In this document: positions 1 to 11,409 of the stretch, one piece after another
How the letters are laid out: each line of letters opens with the position of its first letter
Numbering within the stretch: the stretch's first letter is position 1
NCBI RefSeq assembly: GCF_964213995.1
Contig: NC_135822.1
Span: 25,854,001-25,918,000 of the forward strand
From: Mustelus asterias
Taxonomy: Eukaryota
Reading direction: 5' to 3'
DNA length: 64,000 bases
Position numbers and translations under genes: made by a program
The notes under the pieces: generated by a model
What the model saw: only the letters and a program-made list of their open reading frames with translations
Database searches by the model: none
Told to the model about the DNA's origin: nothing

Positions 1-142
1 TTCCATTGGATACACTAACCATGACTGCCACACATTAGCAAATTAGTGTCAACTAATGTCAAGTTTCAATCCTATGATCACTACTGAGATGATGGACAGG
101 AATTTAGTAGGAGCAGCAGTGGGGGTGACAATGAATTCAGGG

Positions 143-359
143 GACCAAAAGAGAAAATGCTGGAAAATCTCAGCAGGTATGGCAGCATCTGTAAGGAGAG
201 AAAAGAGCTGATGTTTCAAGTCAGCTTTGACAAAGGGTCACCTGGACTCAAAAGGTCAGCTCTTTTCTCTCCTTACAGATGCTGCCAGACCTGCTGAGAT
301 TTTCCAGCATTTTCTCTTTTGGTTTCAGATTCCAGCATCCGCAGTAATTTGCTTTTATT
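143..359 (+). mobile_element. Penelope-like (family A) fold-back mini-element
   Basis: Inverted arms 144-222 and 245-323, 36-nt unpaired tail 324-359, 12-bp TSD ATGAATTCAGGG (131-142, 360-371); contains a hammerhead-like motif. Confidence 0.8.
223..261 (+). ncRNA. Degenerate minimal hammerhead ribozyme (U3-A8 type)
   Basis: AGCT-TTGACAA-A-GGGTC-acctg-GACTC-AAA-AGGT-C-AGCT; GAA->AAA and ACGT->AGGT relative to the intact copy at 16581. Confidence 0.6.
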
Positions 360-691
360 ATGAATTCAGGGAATTTTAATTATGTGGGCCAAATCCACCA
401 GGAGGCTTGAAGTTGCATTGCTGTAACCAGAAGAGCAAGTGAGCAGACCATCATCCCATTAGTTTGGGCTGGATTAGAACCAAAGTCTTCAAAATCAAAG
501 AGCAGTCACAGTGCCCAATGCACTACACTACCCAATTTCCTAAAACAATGTTTCTACTTGAATCTAATGATTAAAAAGGTTTTATTTCTTTCAGTCAACA
601 ACATCTTAACTCCATGAAAGAAAACTGGGGGAAAGTATAACTCTCACATGACTGTGAGACAGCCAGTGTGTCCCGTGAAGCACTAGTTTAC

Positions 692-781
692 CTTTGCCAT
701 GGTTTCTTTCGTGCGCTGCATGGACTCCCGCTGCTGTTTCAGTTCCTCTTCCAGGGTTTGCCGCATCTGGTCCAGCTCCAC
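692..781 (-). CDS. CCDC30: CCDC30 coding exon 5 (VELDQMRQTLEEELKQQRESMQRTKETMAK)
   Basis: 90 nt, acceptor ccccacag, donor gtaaac, phase 0-0. Confidence 0.8.
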
Positions 782-1538
782 CTGTGGGGGAGAGAAAATG
801 TTCATGATGCGTGACTTGGTGAGACAAAAACAAGCACTTGGGACAATCAATCTGGCCTTACTACGACCCCCCTGTACAGTCGGTGAACATAGCTTCAGCA
901 TTATTCATCCCCTTAACCGGTCAATAAATGTGGATTCATTATAGACACTTGTTGCTGCGCAAACAGTGAGTATTTTGCCAATACCTATCCCATTCAGCAG
1001 ATCGTACTGTGAAATACACAAAGAAAATTCAATATCTCTATAAAAATAGCAGCTACAGGAGTGTAGCACCAGTACATGAAGTGTGCATACTTGCACTTCA
1101 TCAATTGAATTCTACGCTTTTCATTTCCATTATTCATGGAGAGGGAGGAGGTTTTTCTAGTCTGGCGGATAATGGTGATACTACTGTGTTATTTTGCATA
1201 ATTTTTCTCCTGACCCGTCTTCAACAATAATAAGCAAGCAGTAAAGCCAAAAAGCAATGCGTGAAACGGGATTAAATGGTGGAAACAAGCTGTCAGTGTG
1301 TGGAGCTCGAGTACACAATGCACATAGGCAGATTTTTCTTTCAGTGTTTCCTATTTTGTATTCACACTGTTTTTGTTATTTACGATAGTGACTGGAGGAA
1401 AATATACCCTCTGGGCACCAAGCACTTAGCAAAAAAATTACACATTTTGGAAAACTGTTCGAAATAAGTACTTTTGAATGAAACCGAGTTATTAAGTCGC
1501 TTGTGGCACGTCAGGGAGGTATTGTAACAGTTTCTTAC

Positions 1539-1729
1539 CTGCAAGTGTGTCTCACGGGTGCTCCCTGTGACACTTCGCGAATCCACATTTCTCTCAGCCA
1601 ATTCCAGCTTCTCCAGCAGCGTAGCTCGCTCTACGAGAAGGTAGGCTACCTGCTCACTTGGACCACTGTGCGCGATCTCTGCTAATCCTTCCTGATCCAA
1701 CATCTCTTCCACTTCCTTCACCTGTGTCT
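1539..1729 (-). CDS. CCDC30: CCDC30 coding exon 4 (ETQVKEVEEMLDQEGL...PSEQVAYLLVERATLLEKLE...THLQ)
   Basis: 191 nt, phase 1-0, donor gtaaga; acceptor tacag chosen to match the phase of the previous exon. Confidence 0.75.
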
Positions 1730-1944
1730 CTGTACATCCATCAGTCCAAAGTACCAGGGTTAGTCGTGAAATCTAATGAAGCTTTTGTTTTAAACTCATG
1801 ATATGCTCCTTCCAAAGAAGGCATCTACACTTCTTTACCAACCAATTTGGAACATACAAGGGAGGTACTCTGCTCAGCAGCCTTCTACTTAATGGCACTA
1901 GAGTCAGCCTTGGCTGAATGATGGATTGGAGCACAATCTTAACT

Positions 1945-2560
1945 GGCAGTTCAGTGTGGCATTGAGGAAGTGCTGCACAGTCAAATACATCACCTTTCAA
2001 GTAGATGCTCTCTCAGTTAATTGTAAAACATCTCATAGCGCAATTTGAGAGACCCGGGCTCGATTCCCGGCTTGGGTCACTGTCTGTGTGAAGTCTGCAC
2101 GTTCTCCCCGTGTCAGTGTGGGTTTCCTCCGGGTGCTCCGGTTTCCTCCCACAGTCTGAAAAGATGTGCTGGTTAGGTGCACTGGCCATGTTAAATTCTC
2201 CCCCAGTGTACCCAAACAGGCGCCGGAGTGTGGCGACTATGGGATTTTCACAATAACTACATTGCAGTGTTAATGTAAGAATACTTGTGACATTAATAAA
2301 TAAATAAACTGAAGAGCAGGGGAATTCTCTAGGGTGTCCTTGACAACAGTTATCCTTCAAGCATCATCACTAAAAACAGGTGAACTGATTAATCATTATA
2401 CTGCTGTTTGTGGGACTGTGCTGTGAGTAAACTAATTACTGTATTTGTCCATATTGCAACAATGATTACTGCTTCAAAATTACTTGGTTAGCCGTGAAGC
2501 ATTCTGAGACATCCTGAGTATGTGAAAGGTGCTATACAAATGCAAGTTATTTCCTTCTAC
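1945..2560 (+). mobile_element. SacSINE1/DeuSINE-like old SINE interrupted by a V-SINE
   Basis: Deu-domain-like motifs GAAGAGCAGGGGAATTCTC and GCTGTTTGTGGGA, tail ATACAAATGCAAG. Confidence 0.6.
2051..2310 (+). mobile_element. HE1/V-SINE-like tRNA-derived SINE, tail type ii
   Basis: V-domain GGGTTTCCTCCGGGTGCTCCGGTTTCCTCCCACAGT; tail GTGTGGCGACT...TAATAAATAAACT. Confidence 0.85.
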
Positions 2561-3085
2561 TCTTGAGCAATCTACCTATAGGCATGTTGAAAACCTCCTG
2601 CCCAATTTTCCTCTCACCCACTCACAGGGATATTTGACTTTCACTCACTTGGTGTTTCCTTGCTGAGCACCAACAAGACTGGGAACCAAAGGAGAGGGAA
2701 GAATAACGAAGCTGCTATTCCACCATTTCACCCTGTAACTCAGTGGATCTCCAGCATACTGCCCAATCAAACCAGCCAGAGGCAAAACTTTAATAAATAG
2801 GGTTAGAAAAATGGGCATTCAGGTGCATGTTATGCTGTAATGGATAGATGGTACGGCTAGTATTCTGGAAGAATGGACTAAATAGCCCTGGTCGTCTAAA
2901 CCTAACCTATGAAAGCAGAAACTATTGATGCTAGAAAACTGAAATTAAAAAGGAAAATGTTAGAAATATGGAGCTTGAAAGTAAAATAACAGAATAGCAC
3001 TTCCAACACAAGAGAATACGGATCAGACTCCCATTGTGAATCTTAATCTGCCTTTTCTCATTCTCATCTTGTTGGATCTGCTATT

Positions 3086-3214
3086 TGCTTTTCACAAACT
3101 GAGGACGTCTTAAAGTGCTTTACACCTAATTAAGTGCTTTTTTCACCTCCAAGTGGAATCACTGTGGTAATGTAGGAAATGCAGCAGCTAATTTGAACAC
3201 AGCTGCATCTGCAA
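3086..3214 (+). repeat. 129-bp direct copy of 3982-4110
   Basis: Only 2 mismatches between the copies. Confidence 0.9.
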
Positions 3215-3603
3215 GAAGATTGAGGGGAGATTTGATAGAGGTGTATAAGATTTTGATGGGTATAGATAGAGTGAATGCAAGCAGGCTTTTTCCACTGAGG
3301 CTAGGGGAGAAAAAAACCAGAGGGCATGGGTTAAGGGTGAAAGGAGAAAAGTTTAAAGGGAATATTAGGGGGGGGCTTCTTCACGCAGAGAGTGGTGGGA
3401 GTGTGGAATGAGCTGCCGGATAAAGTGGTAAATGCTTTTAGCATTTAAGAAAAACTTGGACGGGTTCATGGATGAGAGGGGTGTGGAGGGATATGGTTCA
3501 AGTGCAGGTCAGTGGGACTAGGCAAAAAATGGTTTGGCACAGACAAGAAGGGCCAAAAGGCCTGTTTCTGAGCTGTAATTTTCTATGGTTCTATGGTTCT
3601 ATG
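3215..3603 (+). mobile_element. CR1 LINE 3' fragment
   Basis: RRLRGDLIEVYKI...TRGH ORF2 C-terminus; (TTCTATGG)n tail. Confidence 0.9.
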
Positions 3604-3974
3604 TGTTTCTACCATTTTTTCCCAAAGTACAACTCTTGATAGCCAATGCAGTATTAAATTTAATGCGCAATACCAATAACTGTAGTTATAAATACAATAC
3701 CAGTATAAGGCTGCAGCTGGCAACATGACTATATATTACAGCCCCCTGATTGTAAATCACATTCTAGTCACTAGGTGGCATTCTGTGTACACACATCTAT
3801 AAAACTCTGCTGCATGTTAAAGTGCATTCTAAGGTATTCTACAGTCATTTTAGAAAATGTCCAGAAATCCATCAAAACTCCTAAACACCTTTTCGATCCG
3901 GCTGCTTATCGTATTGGAGTTCAACTCCATTCAATATAGTGATCGAGTGTTAGCAGATGGATTTAGAGAAAGTC

Positions 3975-4412
3975 TTTATCGTGCTTTTCACAAGCTGAGG
4001 ACGTCTTAAAGTGCTTTACACCTAATTAAGTGCTTTTTTCACCTCCAAGTGGAGTCACTGTGGTAATGTAGGAAATGCAGCAGCTAATTTGAACACAGCT
4101 GCATCTGCAAACGGTGTGATAGCAACTGGATCTTTTTTTTTGCTTTTGCTGACATTGGTTGAAGGATAAATATTGGCGAGGATACTGGAGAGGAATTGCC
4201 TGCTTTCCCTTTGAAAGAGGGCGACAGGATTGTTTACATTCACCCGAGAGAGCAGCCACTGCTTCAGGCTTCATCCAAGAGTGCAACTTTGAAGGTGCAA
4301 ATCTCCCACAGTACTGCACAGAAATGTCCGTCTAGATTTTACACTGACGTCATTACTGTGGTACCAGCAACCTTCTGATTTGGAGACAAGAGTGCTCGCA
4401 ACTGAGCCACCG
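3975..4412 (-). mobile_element. SacSINE1/DeuSINE-like old SINE
   Basis: GTTGAAGGATAAATATTGGC...AGTACTGCAC...CTGAGCCAC motifs. Confidence 0.65.
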
Positions 4413-5066
4413 TTATACACTTAAATCGGGCACCTTACAGCAATGTTATTCTGTCACTTCGGATCAATGTACATCCAAAACGACTTTGTATCAATGCAAA
4501 GTAATAACTGCAGCCGATCTTTTTGGCATTACGATATTACTGCAAATGGAAACATCTTTGATCAACTCAAGGTTGAAAACATTCTATTACAACATTAGTG
4601 TAAGCGGTTTTACGGTTGCAGTCATTCAGTTGCATGATATGAGCAAACATGCACACACTGGGTTAGAGCAATACTGAATTGAACTGCTGTACTCGATTGT
4701 ACCGTTTTCCACTTGATGATGTGGAAATGGAATAGCAAAAATCATATACAACAAAAACTCCATTCACTATATGAACATCTGGAATATATTCAAAATCATT
4801 CATTTGCATCCACTATCAACTTTTTCCATTAAAAATTGCCAAGTCCAGATTTAAAGGTGGATATTTAGTGATTTAAATATGTCACACCACATTTATAGCC
4901 CACAGTGCAAATACTGCAGCAATTACACTGTAGAATCTTACATGGGCAGTTTTCATCCTGAACATGGATATTCATGGTAGAAATATATAAAAAGGCAAAA
5001 TGGGATTGAATTATATCTGTGCGCCCAAAAATGATTATCTCCCATCCTCCAAGTCCTTTTTATCTT

Positions 5067-5187
5067 GATGTGGAGATGCCAGCGTTGGATTGGGTGGGCA
5101 CAGTAAGAATTCTCACAACACCAGGTTAATTTGGTATCACGAGCTTTCGGAGCGCTGCTCCTTCACCTGGTGTTGTGAGACTTCTTA
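5067..5187 (-). mobile_element. Penelope-like (family B) fold-back mini-element with truncated hammerhead
   Basis: Starts GATGTGGAGATGCC; short inverted arms; 11-bp TSD CTTTTTATCTT (5056-5066, 5188-5198). Confidence 0.8.
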
Positions 5188-5984
5188 CTTTTTATCTTTA
5201 AGCCAATACTCAGTCTTGACTCCGAATTTGCAATGCCACTAAAAATTGATTAAATATTTAAAACTTTCTTGCATCAATTATGAAACCATAAAGTTGAAGG
5301 TTTGGTGCCAATAAGTTTTAGAATACGGATGACCAGCTTCATGAAGAGACACAATGGTTGGACTTCCCACCTCAATGGCTACCATAGCACCGTGAGGGGT
5401 CACTAAGTGGAGGCCATCTTTAGGAGAGTTATACTGGACTTTCTCTCTCTCGTTCCAGTTTCTTATTTAGACCTCTCTTGTCCAAAAAGGTCATCTGTCC
5501 TCAGTCTGCCCATGGCCTGGGAAGACTCAAGAGGAGATGGGGTTGGAATGTAATTTGAATCTGTTCAATCCGTAAAAAAAAACCTTCAGTCAGGAACAAT
5601 AATCGACCTCAGCAACTGGGAGAGAAAATCTAAATTGTTATCCAGTGACCCATGCTGAAAAGTGGGCGAGTGTGTGGAGATCACATTTTCAGATATGAAT
5701 CCACCCCATGGGTCAAACAGCCTGCATTACTGTCTACACTCTTGTATGAAGGACAGACATTTGAGGGCAAGACACCAAAGGGCTACCAGTGGCTGCAAAA
5801 TTATTCCCCAGTAAGAGCCAATCAGGACAAGATGGTAATGAAAGCGAGAGCATATTTTTATTCAGATGGTCACATATTCAGTGTGTAGCTGAAGCAGAGA
5901 GAAACAAATCCATCTCACATCAGTTGTGGGCGGGGAGGGAGGGAGGGTGTAATACAAACAAAGTTGAAAGGTCAACATGCTGAC

Positions 5985-6105
5985 CTTGCTCCAACTTCAG
6001 CCGCTGTAGTTCCATCTTTAGCAGCTCATTCTCCCGCTCATATTCAGCCGTCATTGCCTCCCGCTCCTCCGACAGATTGCGGATGTGATCCACGTAATTC
6101 TCCAC
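5985..6105 (-). CDS. CCDC30: CCDC30 coding exon 3 (VENYVDHIRNLSEEREAMTAEYERENELLKMELQRLKLEQ)
   Basis: 121 nt, acceptor ttttttctgcag, donor gtcagc, phase 0-1. Confidence 0.8.
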
Positions 6106-6281
6106 CTGCAGAAAAAACACTATTCCCATGTCACTCCGTGGTTGAGCGGGTTATGTTTCAAGGGTGGGGGCAGGGGAAGGGCAGTTGTAAAGGGTGACAG
6201 GCGGCTTCTCTAAACCGTGACGCCACTACGCAGTGAGGGGGGAGGGTTCAGGTCATCCCAACAGCACTTGCATTTGATTTT

Positions 6282-6295
6282 ATATCCATGGCAAC
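6282..6295. promoter_or_regulatory. Candidate RFX X-box
   Basis: ATATCCATGGCAAC versus consensus GTTNCCATGGNAAC. Confidence 0.35.
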
Positions 6296-7472
6296 TTCAG
6301 CCTTTTCAAGCTATACTCATGTTTCAATATAATTTTACTTGACTTCAAAGATGGCTTTCATTGGGCAGATCATGATATTGTTTACAAATCTCACAAAAGA
6401 CATTAAAGGAGTTTATTTCACCACGTCGCGCAGCAGGGGGTTGATGAAGAGGATTAAGAATGCACATTGGCAACCATGAGAAAGGATCAGCGAGAGACGA
6501 AAGTTTGTTTTTGAGAGAAGACAGTCCTTTTTTTTGGTGAGGCTCCCCTAACTGACTGAGTTACAATACCACGGGGGACAGGACCAAGCAATCAAGGGTA
6601 CCAGATGTCTCAACCTGGGCTGAGTTCACCGATTTTGAATTTGTGAATGCTACTAGGGCAACATTTCCAATGTCGTTTTGGCCTCATTTACCCTGCACGA
6701 GGGACAAAGGATACAAACTAGATTGTCATCTATGACGTACAGCGTATACATGGATGTCAGATGAGGACAGGATAGGGCCCAACCCTTTGGACCATTGACC
6801 TGCTAACATTTATCGCACAGGCTTGGATGTGAGGAATGGTCAATGGGGTGAGATACGGGATAGTTCGCCATTATCTGCAAACCTGTACTCAAGGAAGAAT
6901 CTATCATTTCAGCGGGGGAGGGAATACTGCAGGGTAAAAAAAAAGTCACTGAAGCAGGATCTCATAAATTAGTCTAAGGGGGAAGCGACATAAAATCCAC
7001 ATTCCCAAACTACTTCTAAACTCGCTCCCTATGCAAAAATGAATGCCAATTCAAAGAACTGATATATGAGCCCCATATGACTGGTATGTTCATTTTTATT
7101 CCACAGATAAATTATGTGTGAGCTACCGTGCAGCGAAAGAATTCTTAATGACTGATAAGAAGGGACTCAGTTAATTTTCCTGTTAGACCTAACTCTGCAA
7201 GAGAGGAGACTGAGATGGTGTACAGATAACATCTAACGAGGGAATGAGAGAGATCAGTCAGTGGTCTCTGGGGAGGAAGAAATGAGACAAGCTAGCCCAC
7301 GCAGATTTGAAAACTTGCTATGGAAAATATTATTCATGCATATCTCTAATCTGGCCAAAGTTTCAGGCTGTAAATATGGTGGTTAAAAGGCGGCCAGTCA
7401 CACACAAACACGATTTCATTTTTAAAATCTCACAAGATATCAAAAATGCACCACTTTGAGGACAGATCTCAC

Positions 7473-7658
7473 CTCCTTCATCTCGGAGACCTGCTGCTGT
7501 TGCATCCCTTCCAGATCCTTCATGGTGGCTTGCAGAGTGCCTTCAGCCCGCTGGTATATACGCCACAGGTGACAGAGGTGCTCATCGGCAGAGCAAGCTT
7601 CTGTGTCCAGTCCATCTTCCTGCAGTTTGTTCAGTATATCTTCCAGCTCCACCTTCTC
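7473..7658 (-). CDS. CCDC30: CCDC30 coding exon 2 (EKVELEDILNKLQEDGL...QQQQVSEMKE)
   Basis: 186 nt, acceptor tttcttttctcttcag, donor gtgaga, phase 0-0. Confidence 0.8.
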
Positions 7659-8911
7659 CTGAAGAGAAAAGAAATTGCAGGAATCAGAAACAGTGTGCTG
7701 AACGGAAGGGAGAGGGAACGCTACGTATTAAGAAGTCAGAGTCACAGAGTACTGGCAATTTCAGAAATGTAACTTATACAAAAGTAATTCCAACAAAAGT
7801 TGTACTACCGCCATTATACAGAACTATAGCAAACGTACAGCACAGAAACACGACATTCAGTGTCTGACTGGCCAACAAAAGCAAACAAAAAAATAACTAG
7901 CTGCTTATTTAATCCCACTTTCCCAAGTTTGTTCAGACTTTCTGCACATTAGATTTTATGGGTTCTTTTTAAGTTGTTGCTTTTGCTTTTGGCACTGTCC
8001 CTCTATTCCCACCTCCTACAGCACCTTTCACTATTTATTTCCCGGCTGAGATTGTTATCCAGACAGGTCTTGGCCACAGCAGGGAGCTTCCAAATTCAAT
8101 AACAGTTCACAAAGTTACAAAAAAAAAGTGGTTCACGACTGTGAAACATTTCCAAATGTCACAAATAATCAAAAGAACATTGCATGTGCTGTCAGCTAGT
8201 TTCATTATACACAGCTGTCTTTCAGGGCTCAGTTATGATGCCCTCATGAGACACTCAAATGCCCATCGGAATATCAAAAAGTATTCTGCATTGTCTGAAC
8301 TTGGACCACAAGCTTCTCAACCTCCAATTCAACTCCCCTTCTAGTTACTTGATCTATTACCACCGCCACTTTCTTTCTCCAACACAGTAACATCCTCTGG
8401 TACCTCCTCCTTATTGTTAATCATCTGGAGATTTCAGTTATGCAATCATTTCTAACCAGCCTCCCTTTTTTCAATCTGCAAAACTACAACTTAAACAAAA
8501 TGCCAATACCATGTTGTCATCTGTTCAAAACCTCACACCCCTCTCTCATGGCTGCCAGCCAGCTCCTGTGGCTCTCTGTGCTCTGACAAATTTGAGCTTT
8601 AAGATCCTCATCCTTGCCTCAAATTCCCTTCCAGTCTTGCCCACTCTACATCACCATCTCTTCCAGCCACAGTTCCTTGACCATAACATCGGGGGTTAGT
8701 TATTCTCACCATACCAGTGCTGACCTTCGAACTCCATCAGCAGCCACTGCTCTCTGAAACTGGCTCCCTCAATACGGGTTCATCTCATCATCTTCCACTA
8801 GCTTTCAAAACTCTCTTGCATTCACTCCTCTGTCCAACCCCCCTCAAGATGTGGAGATGCCGGCACTGGACTGGAGTAAACACAGTAAGAAGTCTCACAA
8901 CACCAGGTTAA

Positions 8912-9346
8912 CCATAGAAGAAACCATAGAAACCCTACAGTGCAGAAAGAGGCCATTCGGCCCATCAAGTCTGCACCGACAACAATCCCACCCAGGCCCT
9001 ATCCCCATATCCCTACATATTTACCAGCTAATCCCTCTAACCCTCATATTTACCCACTTATCCCTCTAATCTACGCATCCCGGGACACTAAGGGGCAATT
9101 TAGCTTGGCTAGTCAACCTAACCCGCACATCTTTGGACTGTGGGAGGAAACCGGAGCACCCGGAGGAAACCCACGCAGACACGGGGAAAATGTGAGTGGA
9201 GAGAGCATTAAACACAGGTTAAAGAGATGTGTATTGTCTCCAGACAGGACAGTTAGTGAGATTTTGCAAGCACAGACAGTGACCCAAGCCGGGAATCGAA
9301 CCCAGGTCCCTGGAGCTGTGAAGCAGCAGTGCTATGCTACCGTGCC
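8912..9346 (-). mobile_element. HE1/V-SINE-like SINE (tail type i) nested in the Penelope arm
   Basis: 6-bp TSD GGTTAA (8906-8911, 9347-9352); V-domain; CR1-like tail. Confidence 0.85.
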
Positions 9347-9382
9347 GGTTAAAGTCCAACAGGTTTATTTGGTAGCAAAAGC

Positions 9383-9414
9383 CACTAGCTTTCGGGCTGC
9401 TCCTTCGTCAGGTG
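9383..9414 (-). ncRNA. Minimal hammerhead ribozyme with damaged stem II
   Basis: CAC-CTGACGA-A-GGAGCAGCCC-GAA-AGCT-A-GTG; 3-nt deletion in stem II. Confidence 0.55.
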
Positions 9415-10153
9415 AGTGGGAATTCTGTTCACAAACCGGGCATATAAAGACACAAACTCAATTTACAAAATAATGATTGGAAGGCGAGTCTTTACAGGTA
9501 ATCAAGTCTCAAAGGTACAGACAATGTGAGTGGAGAGAGCGTTAAGCACAGGTTAAAGAGATGTGTATTGTCTCCAGACAGGACAGTTAGTGAGATTTTG
9601 CAAGCCCAGGTAAGTCGTGGGGGTTACAGATAGTGTGACATGAACCCAAGATCCCGGTTGAGGCCGTCTTCATGTGTGTGGAACTTGGCCATCAGTCTCT
9701 GCTCAGCTACGACAGCGGATGAATGAACACCGCTCGACAATCACCAGGCAAGAGTGTTCTCTTCCTGTTGGGGAACACTTCAACGGTCACGGGCATTCGG
9801 CCTTTGATCTTCGGGTAAGCGTTCTCCAAGGCGGCCTTCACGACACACGACAGCGCAGAGTCGCTGAGCAGAGACTGATAGCCAAGTTCCACACACGAGG
9901 ACGGCCTCAACCGGGATCTTGGGTTCATGTCACACTATCTGTAACCCCCACGACTTGCCTGGGCTTGCAAAATCTCACTAACTGTCCTGTCTGGAGACAA
10001 TACACATCTCTTTAACCTGTGTTTAACGCTCTCTCCACTCACATTGTCTGTACCTTTGAGACTTGATTACCTGTAAAGACTCGCATCCCAACCATTATTT
10101 TGTAAATTGAGTTTGTGTCTTTACATGCCCTGTTTGTGAACAGAACTCCCACT

Positions 10154-10192
10154 CACCTGACGAAGGAGCAGCAAGCGCTCCGAAAGCTAGTG
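10154..10192 (+). ncRNA. Minimal type I hammerhead ribozyme (Penelope-type)
   Basis: CAC-CTGACGA-A-GGAGC-agcaagc-GCTCC-GAA-AGCT-A-GTG; full core, palindromic stem III, predicted cleavage after 10189. Confidence 0.8.
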
Positions 10193-11338
10193 GCTTTTGC
10201 TACCAAATAAACCTGTTGGACTTTAACCTGGTGCGGTGAGACTTCTTACTGTGTTAACCCCCCCTCAAAGCAGGATAAAACAATTTTGAATCATTCACTC
10301 TCACAAGTCTTTCACACCCATTGGACAGATTCCATTGCTGTCAGGGAAGTCTTTTGTATAAAAGCACTTCAGTGAGGAACCGAATAGCCTGATAGCTTCC
10401 ATGTAGCTCCCTCCCCACCCCACCCAAACCCCCGCCAGAAAACAAGGAAGCTGTCCAAAAGTCAGCAGCAGCAGCAACTGTCACAACTGCTACTCACACC
10501 AACTGTCACCGGAGTACTCTTGGCTGAAAATCTGGTAAAGAAACGGTAAGTGAGATCCCGAGAATGTTAGAACCAATTTGATGTTGTGAGGGGTGAAGAC
10601 TTGAAGTTATTCTAGAAGGACGAGATGTGCTCGGCTAGACAACCTTTGTCAACCATAATTATCTTGTGAACAGGGGGTGGAATCAAGGCTGCATGGGGTG
10701 AAATTGTCAGGAGCGTTTAATGGGCTCATAGTGAACCAGTTACCTGTTTTACTCTGCAAAAGAGTTTTTTCTGTTGCCTCAATCTTGTCCTATTGGTCGA
10801 CTTACCTAGAATCCCAATCTACCTTGGTGTTTTTATGAGTCTTTTGAGGTGTTGAAGTAATGTAATGAGGTTGTGTTGCATAGTTGATATTGAAAATCTA
10901 TTGTAATGAGAAACAACAATCGGCAGAGTCTTCAGACTTGCTGATTAAGAAAACACATAATTGTGAACCATTCAATCTTTGTCCTGTGGTCTCTTAAAAG
11001 TTGTATTACACAGAGACAGCTGAGGGCTCCAACTCTTCTTACTGACAGAGAAGACACATGTTGTTCAGTCAGTCCACTTTGTTGCTCAGGAAACATTTGA
11101 TCTTTCTACCCTGTGAGATTACTGATAAAATAGAATCCATTTACACCCCTTGTATGAAATAATTATATTGACTAATATCAAGCACCCAGACAGGAGAAAG
11201 TATTCCACTTCTTCTATTGAATGGAAAAGATCTTTTGCAGTTTAAGTAATCTCCACAACCACAGGGCATCCCAAAGAACACCTGAAGTGTAATCATCTGC
11301 AGTGAAACTGGTTTTAAATCTGGTCTACCACAGCCTGT

Positions 11339-11409
11339 TCCGAAAGCTAGTGGCTTTTGCTACCAAATAAACCTGTTGGACTTTAACCTGGTGTTGTGAG
11401 ACTTCTTAC
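11339..11409 (+). mobile_element. Penelope family B fragment (3' half of the hammerhead)
   Basis: TCCGAAAGCTAGTGGCTTTTGCTACC...CTTCTTAC, near-identical to 10179-10249. Confidence 0.75.

Larger units (their letters stand above)
8848..10255. mobile_element. Penelope-like element (family B) with long inverted pseudo-LTRs and a GIY-YIG endonuclease remnant
   Basis: Left arm 8879-8911 plus 9347-9707 is inverted relative to 9863-10255; LRQRMNEHRS..PVGEHFN..DLRVSVLQ..QRRVAEQRLIAKF at about 9705-9895; TSD AAC6-7TCAA (8836-8847, 10256-10268). Confidence 0.9.

Noticed and set aside
3766-3783. CTCF-like CACTAGGTGGCA (another near 11675)
   Set aside because: Short motif matches are expected by chance; no supporting evidence.
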